A DNA stretch of 64,000 nt. Origin: Octopus vulgaris (lineage: Eukaryota). A program made the translations under genes and the position numbers. The DNA is taken from NCBI GenBank assembly GCA_951406725.2, contig OX597834.1, forward strand, positions 15,686,001-15,750,000, written 5' to 3'. The stretch's first letter is position 1. Each line of letters starts with the position of its first letter. The notes beneath the pieces were generated by a model, which was not told the DNA's origin, searched no databases, and saw only the letters and a list, made by a program, of their open reading frames with translations. Below, piece by piece: positions 52,577 through 64,000 of the stretch.

Positions 52577-53719
52577 TATATGTATGTTTCTGATGTCTAT
52601 GGTAATCAAGTCACTGCATGTTTGGCTTGTGGTATCTGTATTTTACGTAAATGGTGGTTGTGTACAGAAGATTAGAGAAAAATATAGGTTTACATCGTCT
52701 GTGTAGGAGTGAGCGTTTTTTGGAGACGATGGCATGTAGGTCGGTGGGCACAGAAGAAAGACTGCCAAGCTGTTCAACTCGCCATGAAATCCCTGAGAGA
52801 TATTATTCATGTGACAATTAGATGTAAATGGCATCTTCAAATTATATCCTAAACTCGTCTAAACGAAGTAATATTCACTTAATGTACTCGGAGTAAATTA
52901 AAATCTAAACAGGGCTCCACTACAGTCAAATGTGAACGACAGAAAACAAAACGAGTGAACGTCAGATATGCTATACAGGTATATGAAGACACATTGGCCA
53001 AGTGGTGAAGGTGTGGCACTCATGATTGTAATATCGTAGTTTCAATTCTCGGACAGGGCGGTGCGTTGTGTTTCTTGCACAAAACACTTCATTTTACGTT
53101 GCTGCAGTCCACTCAGCTGTAAAATAAGTTCCAAGAATAGCTGGGAAGTTGACCTTGCGAGGGCACTAGCGTCCCATCCGAGGGTGGTGGTGCTGTCATG
53201 TCAGTCACTTGTACAGCAAGGAATCGGGGTCAGGCTCCAGCCATGTTAGTCGCAGGGTTCATGAGGGACCTAACAATACAAATATAGTTACGCATGTCTG
53301 CCGCTTCGTTTATATTTCACGGTGAATCTTTGTTTCTACGTTTGTTTCTTCAAGCAGAAATATGAAAGGCAACATGTCATGAATTTTATTTATTCGTGAC
53401 AGGTTTGTTTATGTGAATTCTATATTCAAAGTTCAAATACTGTCTGTGTCGATTTGCTTTTTGTTTTTCTGTTTCTTCTTTGTTTTTTGTTTTGTTTTTT
53501 GTTGTTTTTTTTTGCTTTGGAGATCGATAAGTACCAGTCAAGAATCGTGGATTTGATATAATCGATTTTACCCTCAAAGGTGATGTGCCAACATAACTAA
53601 ATTCCAATGATTGAACCAAATAAGACCATGCTTCTATTTACATACATATTTACACACCTACGGACGTATATATATATACATACATGCATACATATGTACA
53701 TACGTATACAGATGTAAAC

Positions 53720-54710
53720 ACGTACATAAATGCATGCATACACACATACATAAATGCATACATACACACGTACATAGATGCATATATACACACGTACATA
53801 GATGCATTTATACACACGTACATAGATGCATATATACACACGTACATAGATGCATATATACACACGTACATAGATGCATACATACACACGTACATAGATG
53901 CATATATACACACGTACATAGATGCATTTATACACACGTACATAGATGCATATATACACACGTACATAGATGCATACATACACACGTACATAGATGCATA
54001 TATACACACGTACATAGATGCATACATACACACGTACATAGATGCATATATACACACGTACAGAGATGCATATATACACACATACATAAATGCATATATA
54101 CACACGTACATAAATGCATATATACACACGTACATAGATGCATATATACACACATACATAAATGCATATATACACACGTACATAGATGCATATATACACA
54201 CGTACATAGATGCATATATACACACGTACATAGATGCATACATACACACGTACATAGATGCATATATACACACGTACATAGATGCATTTATACACACGTA
54301 CATAGATGCATATATACACACGTACATAGATGCATATATACACACGTACATAGATGCATACATACACACGTACATAGATGCATATATACACACGTACAGA
54401 GATGCATATATACACACATACATAAATGCATATATACACACGTACATAAATGCATATATACACACGTACATAGATGCATATATACACACATACATAAATG
54501 CATATATACACGCGTACATAAATGCATATATACACACGTACATAGATGCACATATACACACATACATAAACGCATACATACACACGTATATAGATGCATA
54601 TATACACACGTACATAGATGCACATATACACACATACATAAACGCATACATACACACGTATATAGATGCATATATACACACATACATAAACGCATACATG
54701 CACACGTACG
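53720..54710. repeat. 24-bp minisatellite TACATAGATGCATATATACACACG, about 41 units
   Basis: Regular 24-bp period with recurring variant units. Confidence 0.95.
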
Positions 54711-55834
54711 TACAAGCATATTTACAAACGAACATGCATGCATGCATACATACACACATAAGCACCTACGTACGTACTCACTCACATACATCTCACACAC
54801 ATACATACACACGTACATAAATGCTTGCATACACACGTACATATATGCATACACACACATACATGCAAGTATACATACACACATATATGCAAACACACAT
54901 ACATAGATGCATACATACAGACGTACATATATGCATACATACATACTTACACACATACGTAGGTACGTACGTACTCACACACATACATCCGTATGTACAC
55001 AGATGCATACATGCATACATACATACATACACACACATACATACACACACATACATACATACACACACACACACATACATACATACATACATACATACAT
55101 ACATACATACATACATACGTATGTGTCTTATTATATTTGTAAGCTTGTTTTTATATCAAGTTATTTAGAAAAACAATTTAACGTTAAACTTTTGAATAAA
55201 GTACAAATAACAATATTTACAAGGAAAAGGCTGATAGTGACTTCGAAGTCACTGTCAGATTTTCCGCCTTATCTGATCATATGATGACGCGAACAGCTTA
55301 AAACTCGGAAGGTACTGTTAACATTTTCTTTGCAAGAAGATCAATAAATACCCATACACACACCTACGTTTGTATACGTATGTAATGTATATATGTATGT
55401 ATGTATGTATGTAATGTACGTATGTAATGTATGTATGTAATGTATGTAATGTATGTATGTAATGTATGTATGTAATGTACGTATGTAATGTATGTATGTA
55501 ATGTATGTATGTAAAGTATGTATGTAATGTATGTATGTAATGTATGTATGTAAAGTATGTGTGTAATGTAATTTTCATATGACACCGCCAGAAAATGTTG
55601 TTGACACACTACGGCAGAAATCGTTTTCACCTAAATAGACGTCATTGATTGGTTGAAATTGCCGAAATGCTAGAAAATAAACAACAAATATCTTATAAAC
55701 TACAGAACTTTCTCAAGAAAGCCAAGAGAAGAAGATGTTTTATAAACACATTCTACCAGTATACGAACTTTAAGATTTTTTTAGTTACAAAGAAATTATT
55801 TTAAATATTTGCCGGTCAAAGCGAAAAGATCCGT

Positions 55835-56065
55835 AGGCTGCCCCGTTGATCGGATCAATTTTATTTTTCTCGCCCTTTTCAAGCCTAGCCAGGCTCATGG
55901 ACCCGGTTTGCCGGTTTCTGTGGCGTATGTGTTCCCCCCAGCTGGACTGGACGCCAGTCCATCGCAGCGTTACTCAAGAAATAGGAAAGATTGAGAGAAG
56001 GTTGGGGCGAAAGAGTAGAACAGGGGTAGCCACCATGGAACGCTCGTCGTCGTAACCGACGCAGA
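55835..56065. mobile_element. SINE-C tail interrupted by an inverted SINE-C-related fragment
   Basis: CCGTTGATCGGATCAA and GGAACGCTCGTCGTCGTAACCGACG are contiguous at 13420-13462 but here are separated by ~175 bp in reverse orientation. Confidence 0.6.
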
Positions 56066-56379
56066 ACCAGTCATATACTCATTTGTATATGTGTACTTGT
56101 GTAAGTGTGTGGCTGTTTGCTTTAGTGTTATTGGTGATATTTAGACGTTGATTATAGAGCAACAAAAAAAATACAGAAATAAAATGGGGGGAAATGACAA
56201 ATGCCGAATGAAAAACGACAGCGGAAGTTCCAAGCTGTATGGACAATGTTTGCTAATGTTAAGATGCCAAGCAAGCATTATCAGTGGGCGTCTTTCATAT
56301 TAAGGAAGAAGAGTAACAACTACGAGAAATCCATGTAACACATTTCTCTGGCTAGCACGTGCAAGTCTTACAAAAAAAT

Positions 56380-56488
56380 AACAATAATAATAATAATAAT
56401 AATGATAATAATAATGATAATAATAATAATAATAATAATGATAATAATGATAATGATAATAATGATAATAATAATAATGATAATAATG

Positions 56489-56525
<37 letters not shown>

Positions 56526-56548
56526 TAATAATGATAATAATAATAATG

Positions 56549-56579
<31 letters not shown>

Positions 56580-57310
56580 TAATAATGATAATAATAATAA
56601 TAATAATAATAATGATAATAATAATAATAATAATAATAATGATAATAATAATAATAATAATAATAATGATAATAATAATAATAATAATGATAATAATAAT
56701 AATAATGATAATAATAATAATAATGATAATAATAATAATAATGATAATAATAATAATGATGATAATAATAATAATGATAATAATAATAATAATGATAATA
56801 ATAATAATAATGATAATAATAATAATAATAATGATAATAATAATAATAATAATGATAATAATAATAATAATGATAATAATAATAATAATGATAATAATAA
56901 TAATAATAATAATAATGATAATAATAATAATGATAATAATAATAATGATAATAATAATAATAATGATAATAATAATAATAATGATAATAATAATAATAAT
57001 GATAATAATAATAATAATAATGATAATAATAATAATAATGATGATAATAATAATAATAATAATAATAATGATAATAATAATAATGATAATAATAATAATA
57101 ATGATAATAATAATAATAATGATAATAATAATAATAATAATGATAATAATAATAATAATGATAATAATAATAATAATGATAATAATAATAATAATGATAA
57201 TAATAATAATAATAATAATTATGATAATAATAATAATGATAATAATAATAATGATAATAATAATAATAATAATGATAATAATAATAATAATGATAATAAT
57301 AATAATAATG

Positions 57311-57341
<31 letters not shown>

Positions 57342-57439
57342 TAATAATAATAATAATGATAATAATAATAATAATAATGATAATAATAATAATAATGATA
57401 ATGATAATAATAATGATAATGATAATAATAATAATAATG

Positions 57440-57478
<39 letters not shown>
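56380..57478. repeat. 1.1-kb (AAT)n array punctuated by GAT
   Basis: Directly visible. Confidence 0.95.
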
Positions 57479-57979
57479 TAACGATATGTAAAATGCGAGA
57501 AGGAAAAAATCTACAATATAAAAAAATAAGAAAACAGTAAAAACAGTTCATTTCAATAGCATAAGAAAAGAGAAAGAGAAGAGAGAGAGAGGGAGAGAGA
57601 GGCAACGAAGAAGAATTTGAGATGATACTAAGAGCAACTAGCAACCGAGTAAAGTATGTTCGGGAATTCGTCTCCCAAAACAATTAAACTTCATCAGAAA
57701 TGTCGAAGGATTTTTTGGAAGTTTTTTGGATTTTTTTCTGAATATTTTTGCTTGCTTGTTTGTTTGTTCTTTTTTTTTTAATTACTGTTGAAAAAAAAAT
57801 TGGAAATGTTGCAATGTAGGACTAACCAATGTATTCGGTAACTATGGTTTGTATCTATTACGGTAACTAGAGTTGACCTCGGTGAATTAAACCGACCTTC
57901 ATCCTGCCCCCCTGCGCCTCACACCCTTTACTCTTTCTTGCGTCCATTTCCGTCGAGGAGTTCCGTCAATAAATGGCAG

Positions 57980-58086
57980 CAGAAGAGAGAGAGACAGAGA
58001 CAGACAGACAGACAGACAGACAGAGACAGAGAGAGAGTCACAGAGAGAGAGAGAGAGAGAAGAGAGACAGAGAGACAGAGAGAGAC

Positions 58087-58133
<47 letters not shown>

Positions 58134-58141
58134 GACAGAAG

Positions 58142-58173
<32 letters not shown>

Positions 58174-58302
58174 GACAGACAGAGAGAGAGAGAGACAGAG
58201 AGACAGAGACTGACAGAGAGAGACAGACAGACAGAGGGAGAGAGAGAGAGAGAGACAGAGGTAGAGAGAGACAAACAGACAGAGAGACAGACAGACAGAC
58301 AG
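57980..58302. repeat. (AG)n/(AGAC)n purine-rich tract
   Basis: Directly visible. Confidence 0.9.
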
Positions 58303-58922
58303 CGAGCAGTTGTAGTAGTAGATTTGAGAAATGGCGACGAAGTATATTTCTTGCCAGTTCGTAAAAAAGGAAAATAGAGATCGATTGCCGTAAATACTAT
58401 ATTGAAATAAATATTAGGGCCTGGGTTTTATATTGGTTGTTTGAAACTCCCTTTGAGTAGCCGACTCACAATCGTATGGTCTCGAATTCAATTCCCGGTG
58501 ACGCGTTGTGTTCTTGAGCAAGAAACTTTATTTTACGTTGCCGCAGTCCACCCTGCTGGCGAAAATCAGTGGTACCAGTAATTCAGAAGTGTAATTCAGA
58601 AAAAAAAATAAATAAATAAAAATAAGTATACTGGCGTAGAGCGGTGTGTGGAGTTAAATGTTGTTTTTTAAGATCCCCTCAAGATGTCGGCAAGCAATCA
58701 GCAATAAAATAGGCCTCAAGCAATCACTCTAGTTGAGATTTATATTAAAAAGTAATCTAATGAGAGGCTGCCATACAAATTATGAAACAATGAGGGCAAA
58801 ATTTAAAAGAATTACGATAGTATCTATTTACCGAACTTTTCTTAAGCGACAACCCACCGATGTGTGTGACATAAGAGGGTCGGTCACCGGTGGACCTAGC
58901 TCCGCAGAAGCTGTATTGGCTG

Positions 58923-58978
58923 TTAATCTAGTGACGCCTTTCTGCTAATCTGCATCGTTCCACTGTTGTTGTCTCCTC
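58923..58978 (-). CDS. Candidate terminal exon (minus strand)
   Basis: Strong acceptor TTTTTTTTGTTTTACAG| followed by GDNNSGTMQISRKASLD*. All three frames stop within 56 nt. Confidence 0.22.
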
Positions 58979-59097
58979 CTGTAAAACAAAAAAAATTTCT
59001 ATTCCAGCAGTTTCCTGAAAGGATAAAAGGCAAGGTCCGACCAAAGCCTTGTGAATGGGTTTAGTAGACGGAAACTGAAAGAAGACCGTCGCGTATA

Positions 59098-59499
59098 TCT
59101 TTTACTCTTTTACTCGTTTCAGTCATTTGACTGTCGCCATGCTGGAGCACCGCCTTTAGTCAAGCAAATCGATCCCAGGACTTATTCTTTGGAAGCCTAG
59201 TACTTATTCTATCGGTCCCTTTTGCCGAACCACAAAACACACCAGCATCGGTTGTCAAGCGATGTTGGGGGGGGGGTTGACAAACACAGACACACAAGCA
59301 CACGCACACACACACACACATATATATACATATATACGATGGGCTTCTTTCAGTTTCTGTCTACCAAATCCACTCACAAGGCTTTGGTCGGCCTGAGGCT
59401 ATAGCAGAAGACACTTGCCCAAGGTGCCACGCAGTGGGACTGAACCTGGAACCATGTGATTGGTAAGCATGCTACTTACCACACAGCCACTCCTACGCC
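59098..59499 (-). mobile_element. SINE-A
   Basis: Matches family consensus. Confidence 0.9.
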
Positions 59500-59668
59500 T
59501 ACATATATGAATTTATATATAAATATAAATTTATATATATATATATAAACAAACTAAATATCAAATATAAAACAGAGTGGAATAGTTTTCATTTTCTGAA
59601 GGTCAAGACATTTGATTTGAAGACGCATGCGCATACAAGCACGTGCATAGATATATATACACACGCGC

Positions 59669-59719
<51 letters not shown>

Positions 59720-60082
59720 CACACACACATATATACACGCATATATATGTGTATATATATACACACATACATAAAGATACGTGCGCATACTTAGATATGC
59801 AGTGATACGTATACATACAAACATACATTTCAATCGCTCATGCGTATAGATACTCGATGTAAATTTACGTATATGAAGCACATGTACACACATATATACA
59901 CACCTACATAAATATATATCTATATATATACGTGTGTGTGTGTGTGTGTGTGTGTGTGTACACACACATGCAGGGGCACATATACATGCATACACATACA
60001 GATGTTATTACAGGCTCATACAGACATATATAGATATAGAGAAACATACAAAAATATATAGTATGCAATTAGCCACGTAAAT

Positions 60083-60121
<39 letters not shown>

Positions 60122-60383
60122 CACACACACAAATCCGTGCATATATAGATACACACACATATGCAGGCACACACATATATATAGATTCACGTACACAGAT
60201 ACAGACATACCACTAGCACACATATATGCAGCCACATACACAATCACATGTAATCGCACGTGCAAGGATGTCCACCTATACACACACACACACACACACA
60301 TACATACATACACAAACATTCACTCACGCCCACACATATACGTTGACACACAAGTAGGCACGCGTACTCTACCTCTCTCTCGC

Positions 60384-60434
<51 letters not shown>

Positions 60435-60720
60435 CTCTTTCTCGCACACACACACATACACCATCAATACACATACACGCAGACAAAACCAATATTCAAA
60501 CATCTGCACATAGATAAACACACACTCACATACTCGTACACACACGTGCACATTCATACACGCGCACACTCTTTAACGCATGCGCACATTCGCGTACACA
60601 CGCACTCAGTCGTATACGAACACTCACACACGCAGACTGGTGTCGCTATAGCAACAAGTCCGCTTCATCTAGTTCCTACCTGTTGTTAGTGGCTGGTCTC
60701 AATTTCTTTATAAGGAGAGC

Positions 60721-61478
60721 TTCTTATTTCTTTACTACCCACAAGGGGCTACACGCAGAGGGGACAAACAAGGACAGACAAACGGATTAAGTCGATAATA
60801 TCGACCCTAGTGCGTAACTGGTATTTATTTAATCGATGCCGAAAGTATGACAGGCAAAGTCGACCGCGGCGGAATTTGAACTCAGAACGTAGCGGGATCG
60901 TTAGCACGCCGGGCGAAATGCTTTATGGTATTTCATCTGCTGCTACGTTCTGAGTTCAAATTCCGCCGAGGTCGACTTTGCCTTTCATCCTTTCGGGGTC
61001 GATAAATTAAGAACCAATTACGCACTAGGATCGATATAATCGACTTAATCCGTTTGTCTGTCCTTGTTTGTCCCCTCTGTGTTTAGTCCCAGGAGGGTAG
61101 TAAAGAAATAGGTATTTCGTCTGCCGCTACGTTCTGAGTTCAAATTCTGCCGAGGTCGACTTTGCCTTTCATCCTTTCGGGGTCGATTAAATAAATACCA
61201 GTAACGCACTGGGGTCGATATAATCGATATAATCCGTCTGTCTGTCCTTGTTTGTCTGCTCTGTGTTTAGCCACTTGTGGGTAATAAAGAAATAGGTATT
61301 TCGTCTGCCGTTACGTTCTGAGTTCAAATTCCGCCGAGGTCGACTTTGCCTTTCATCCTTTCGGGGTCGATAAATTAAGAACCAATTACGCACTGGCGTC
61401 GATGAAATCAACTTAATCCCTTTGTCTGTCCTTGTTTGTCCCCTCTATGTTTAGCCCCTTGAGGGCAATACAGAAATA
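60721..61478. mobile_element. Inverted SINE-B unit (60721-60895) joined head-to-head to a SINE-B trimer (60897-61478)
   Basis: Junctions AGAAATAG|GTATTTCG at 61111/2 and 61295/6. Confidence 0.9.
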
Positions 61479-62234
61479 TGAAGGGTAAGGTTTACCTTGG
61501 CTAGATTTGAACTCGAAACGCAAGGTGCCGTATTAAATGTTACAACGCGTTTCATTCATCACTCTAACGATTATACTTAGGTGAAAATCTGATTCTTGTA
61601 ATGCAGGCAAATTTGCTTTGAGATATAGGGTTGAAAATTATCTCCCCTGTTCCTTGAGAGTCGCCAACAATTGCCACTCGACATATGATGTTCCTTAACC
61701 CAAAAGGTAAATTATAAATTTATTCATTCATCCACTCACATGGATTAGTTATCTATGCCCATGCTTTAAGAGCATTTTAGCTATCTCCCATAGCGCAATA
61801 TTTTTTATATATATGCAGGATAGATAACGATGTAAACAGCTTAAAAATTGTAGGAAGTTCTCCATACAACGATTTTAGCATGAAAGTGAATCAAAAATAA
61901 TGATGGCAGAACATGATAAACACACAAACACTCACATACATATGTCAGCACCGAAAGGACTATACATTAAATATATGAAGGTACATACTTAGACGAAGTC
62001 ACAAAGCAAGCACACACATATACCTTCATACACGTATACACACACAAACACAGAACGAATACACATACGAAGCAGCTATATATATATATATATATATATA
62101 TGCAATATACATACAATCATACACACATAATATACATACATTAATCTGTAGATATATATATATATATATGATTACATGTACATATTCATATATATCTACA
62201 CACACACACATACAATCTTATATATAAAAAACTT

Positions 62235-62271
<37 letters not shown>

Positions 62272-62404
62272 CATGTACACATTTATGTATATATATATAT
62301 ATATACATACACACACACAGTTACATATATATAAAAACATCCATATATATATATTTATATACATAAACATACAATATATATATATACACACACACACAAA
62401 CATA

Positions 62405-62449
<45 letters not shown>

Positions 62450-62998
62450 ATACGTACATTCCACGTACATTCCATATATGTATATATTCATATACGCACA
62501 AAATATTAAAATATCTAGAGGTAGGTATATAGAAAGACAGCGAGAAAGAGAAAGAGAGAGAAAAAAACGCCACATTTCTAGATAAAAGCCAAAGCAAGAC
62601 ATGTTTTGATTGGTTCTTTTCTGATGTTTCAATCTGACGTTACGAACCGATGTTCCAAATTGATGTTCCAGCCTCTACAAAGCACTTATTCCCCTCGTCT
62701 TCCACTTTTGTCTAAGTAATAGTAATGTATTTACTTCTTTGACAGAAATAAAATTTTCGTTCGATCCAACATCCATATCTGCAAAGATGATGATATTTGT
62801 TTGTTTGTTGGTTCTGCTCTTTTTTATATATATATATATATATTTTTATATCTTGTTGGTGCTTTTGGGTTGTGATTTTTCTTTTTTTTTTGGGTTTGGT
62901 TTGGTTTGGTTTGGTTTGGTTTGGTTTTCTATATTTTCTATCAATCTCTCACTCTCTCTCTCTTTCGCTCTCTCAAAATATATATACATGTCTCTATG

Positions 62999-63040
<42 letters not shown>

Positions 63041-63078
63041 CATACATACATACATACATACATACATACATACATACA

Positions 63079-63110
<32 letters not shown>

Positions 63111-63273
63111 GATAGATACGTACATACATACATATATGTATGTGTATATTATGTTTATTGTGTGTGCGGATATATATATATATGCGTGTGTTCAAACACA
63201 TATACGCATGGATAAATTCGCACACACACACACACACAAATATATGCATACACATTCGCATGCATATATATAT

Positions 63274-63312
<39 letters not shown>

Positions 63313-63727
63313 ATATATATATATAAACATGTTTATGGATGCCGTAATCTACCTGTCACTATACTTATGGATTTATCACTATATTTGTCTCATCACTCAG
63401 CAAGCTTTTCTGTTCATTCTTTTTCATACACGCACACACGTGTATGTATATATATATATATACACATACACACACACATTCACAAGTGTATGTATGTGTG
63501 TATTTATGTACATGCAATACATACAAGCATACTTGCATTCATATTTTAAAATGAGTCTGCGTGTATACACGTACTTTTTACATCAAGTGTAAGCATATAT
63601 ATATAAGTATGTATATAAAGGTATGCATGTATGTATTTGCAAAATGCTGTCGATATAAGTATGCAAAGTTTAAACGTGTCTCCTTTACGTTCATAGTGTG
63701 TGTGTGTGTCTGTCTGTCTGTCTCTGT

Positions 63728-63776
<49 letters not shown>

Positions 63777-64000
63777 TGTGTGCGTGCAAAATTTTGGTCG
63801 TAAGAATAAAGACATTTTCAATGGCGACGAAACCGCAACATGAAAGGTCTAAACGAGAACTTGAAGAAACAGGGGAGTAAAATCAAATTTCTTTTTTTTT
63901 TTTAATATTACTTTCTTAACATAGATCGCACATACACATAAACATGTGTCTACACACACAAACACCTATATACATACATATATATATATATATATATAGG

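Noticed and set aside
53720-54710. CRISPR-like array
   Set aside because: No unique spacers, no cas genes, and the context is eukaryotic.
53597-54906. 370-430 aa ORFs with 8-aa repeats in several frames
   Set aside because: They are translations of a stop-poor 24-bp minisatellite, open on both strands, with no sign of coding.
56359-57540. 393-aa poly-Asn/Asp ORF
   Set aside because: Pure (AAT)n/GAT microsatellite.

Overview
AT-rich, microsatellite-saturated eukaryotic DNA, most likely intronic or intergenic. The repeat families resemble those of octopus (coleoid cephalopod) genomes, which is an inference from pattern recognition. No complete host gene is present, and almost every ORF in the track is an artefact of TA/CA/TATG/CAT/AAT repeats. 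The real content is mostly transposon-derived. There are three tRNA-derived SINE families (here called A, B and C) in dozens of copies. A young 5'-truncated CR1-clade LINE (9251-10526) sits in the start codon of a mariner remnant. There are also decayed CR1, RTE and HERO-like fragments, mariner/Tc1/hAT MITEs, a non-autonomous Helitron and a 24-bp minisatellite with higher-order structure. A few isolated exon candidates are visible, the best at 12761-12807. The most interesting signal is a set of short elements inserted in (TA)n tracts that carry minimal type I hammerhead-ribozyme motifs of the Penelope-associated kind. About a dozen motifs from at least four families are present, nine of them within 14.5-17.3 kb. 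They include two recurrent core variants (CCGACGA and CUGURGAA) and fold-back (palindrome plus tail) forms. SINE-B also occurs as head-to-tail multimers with one fixed junction.
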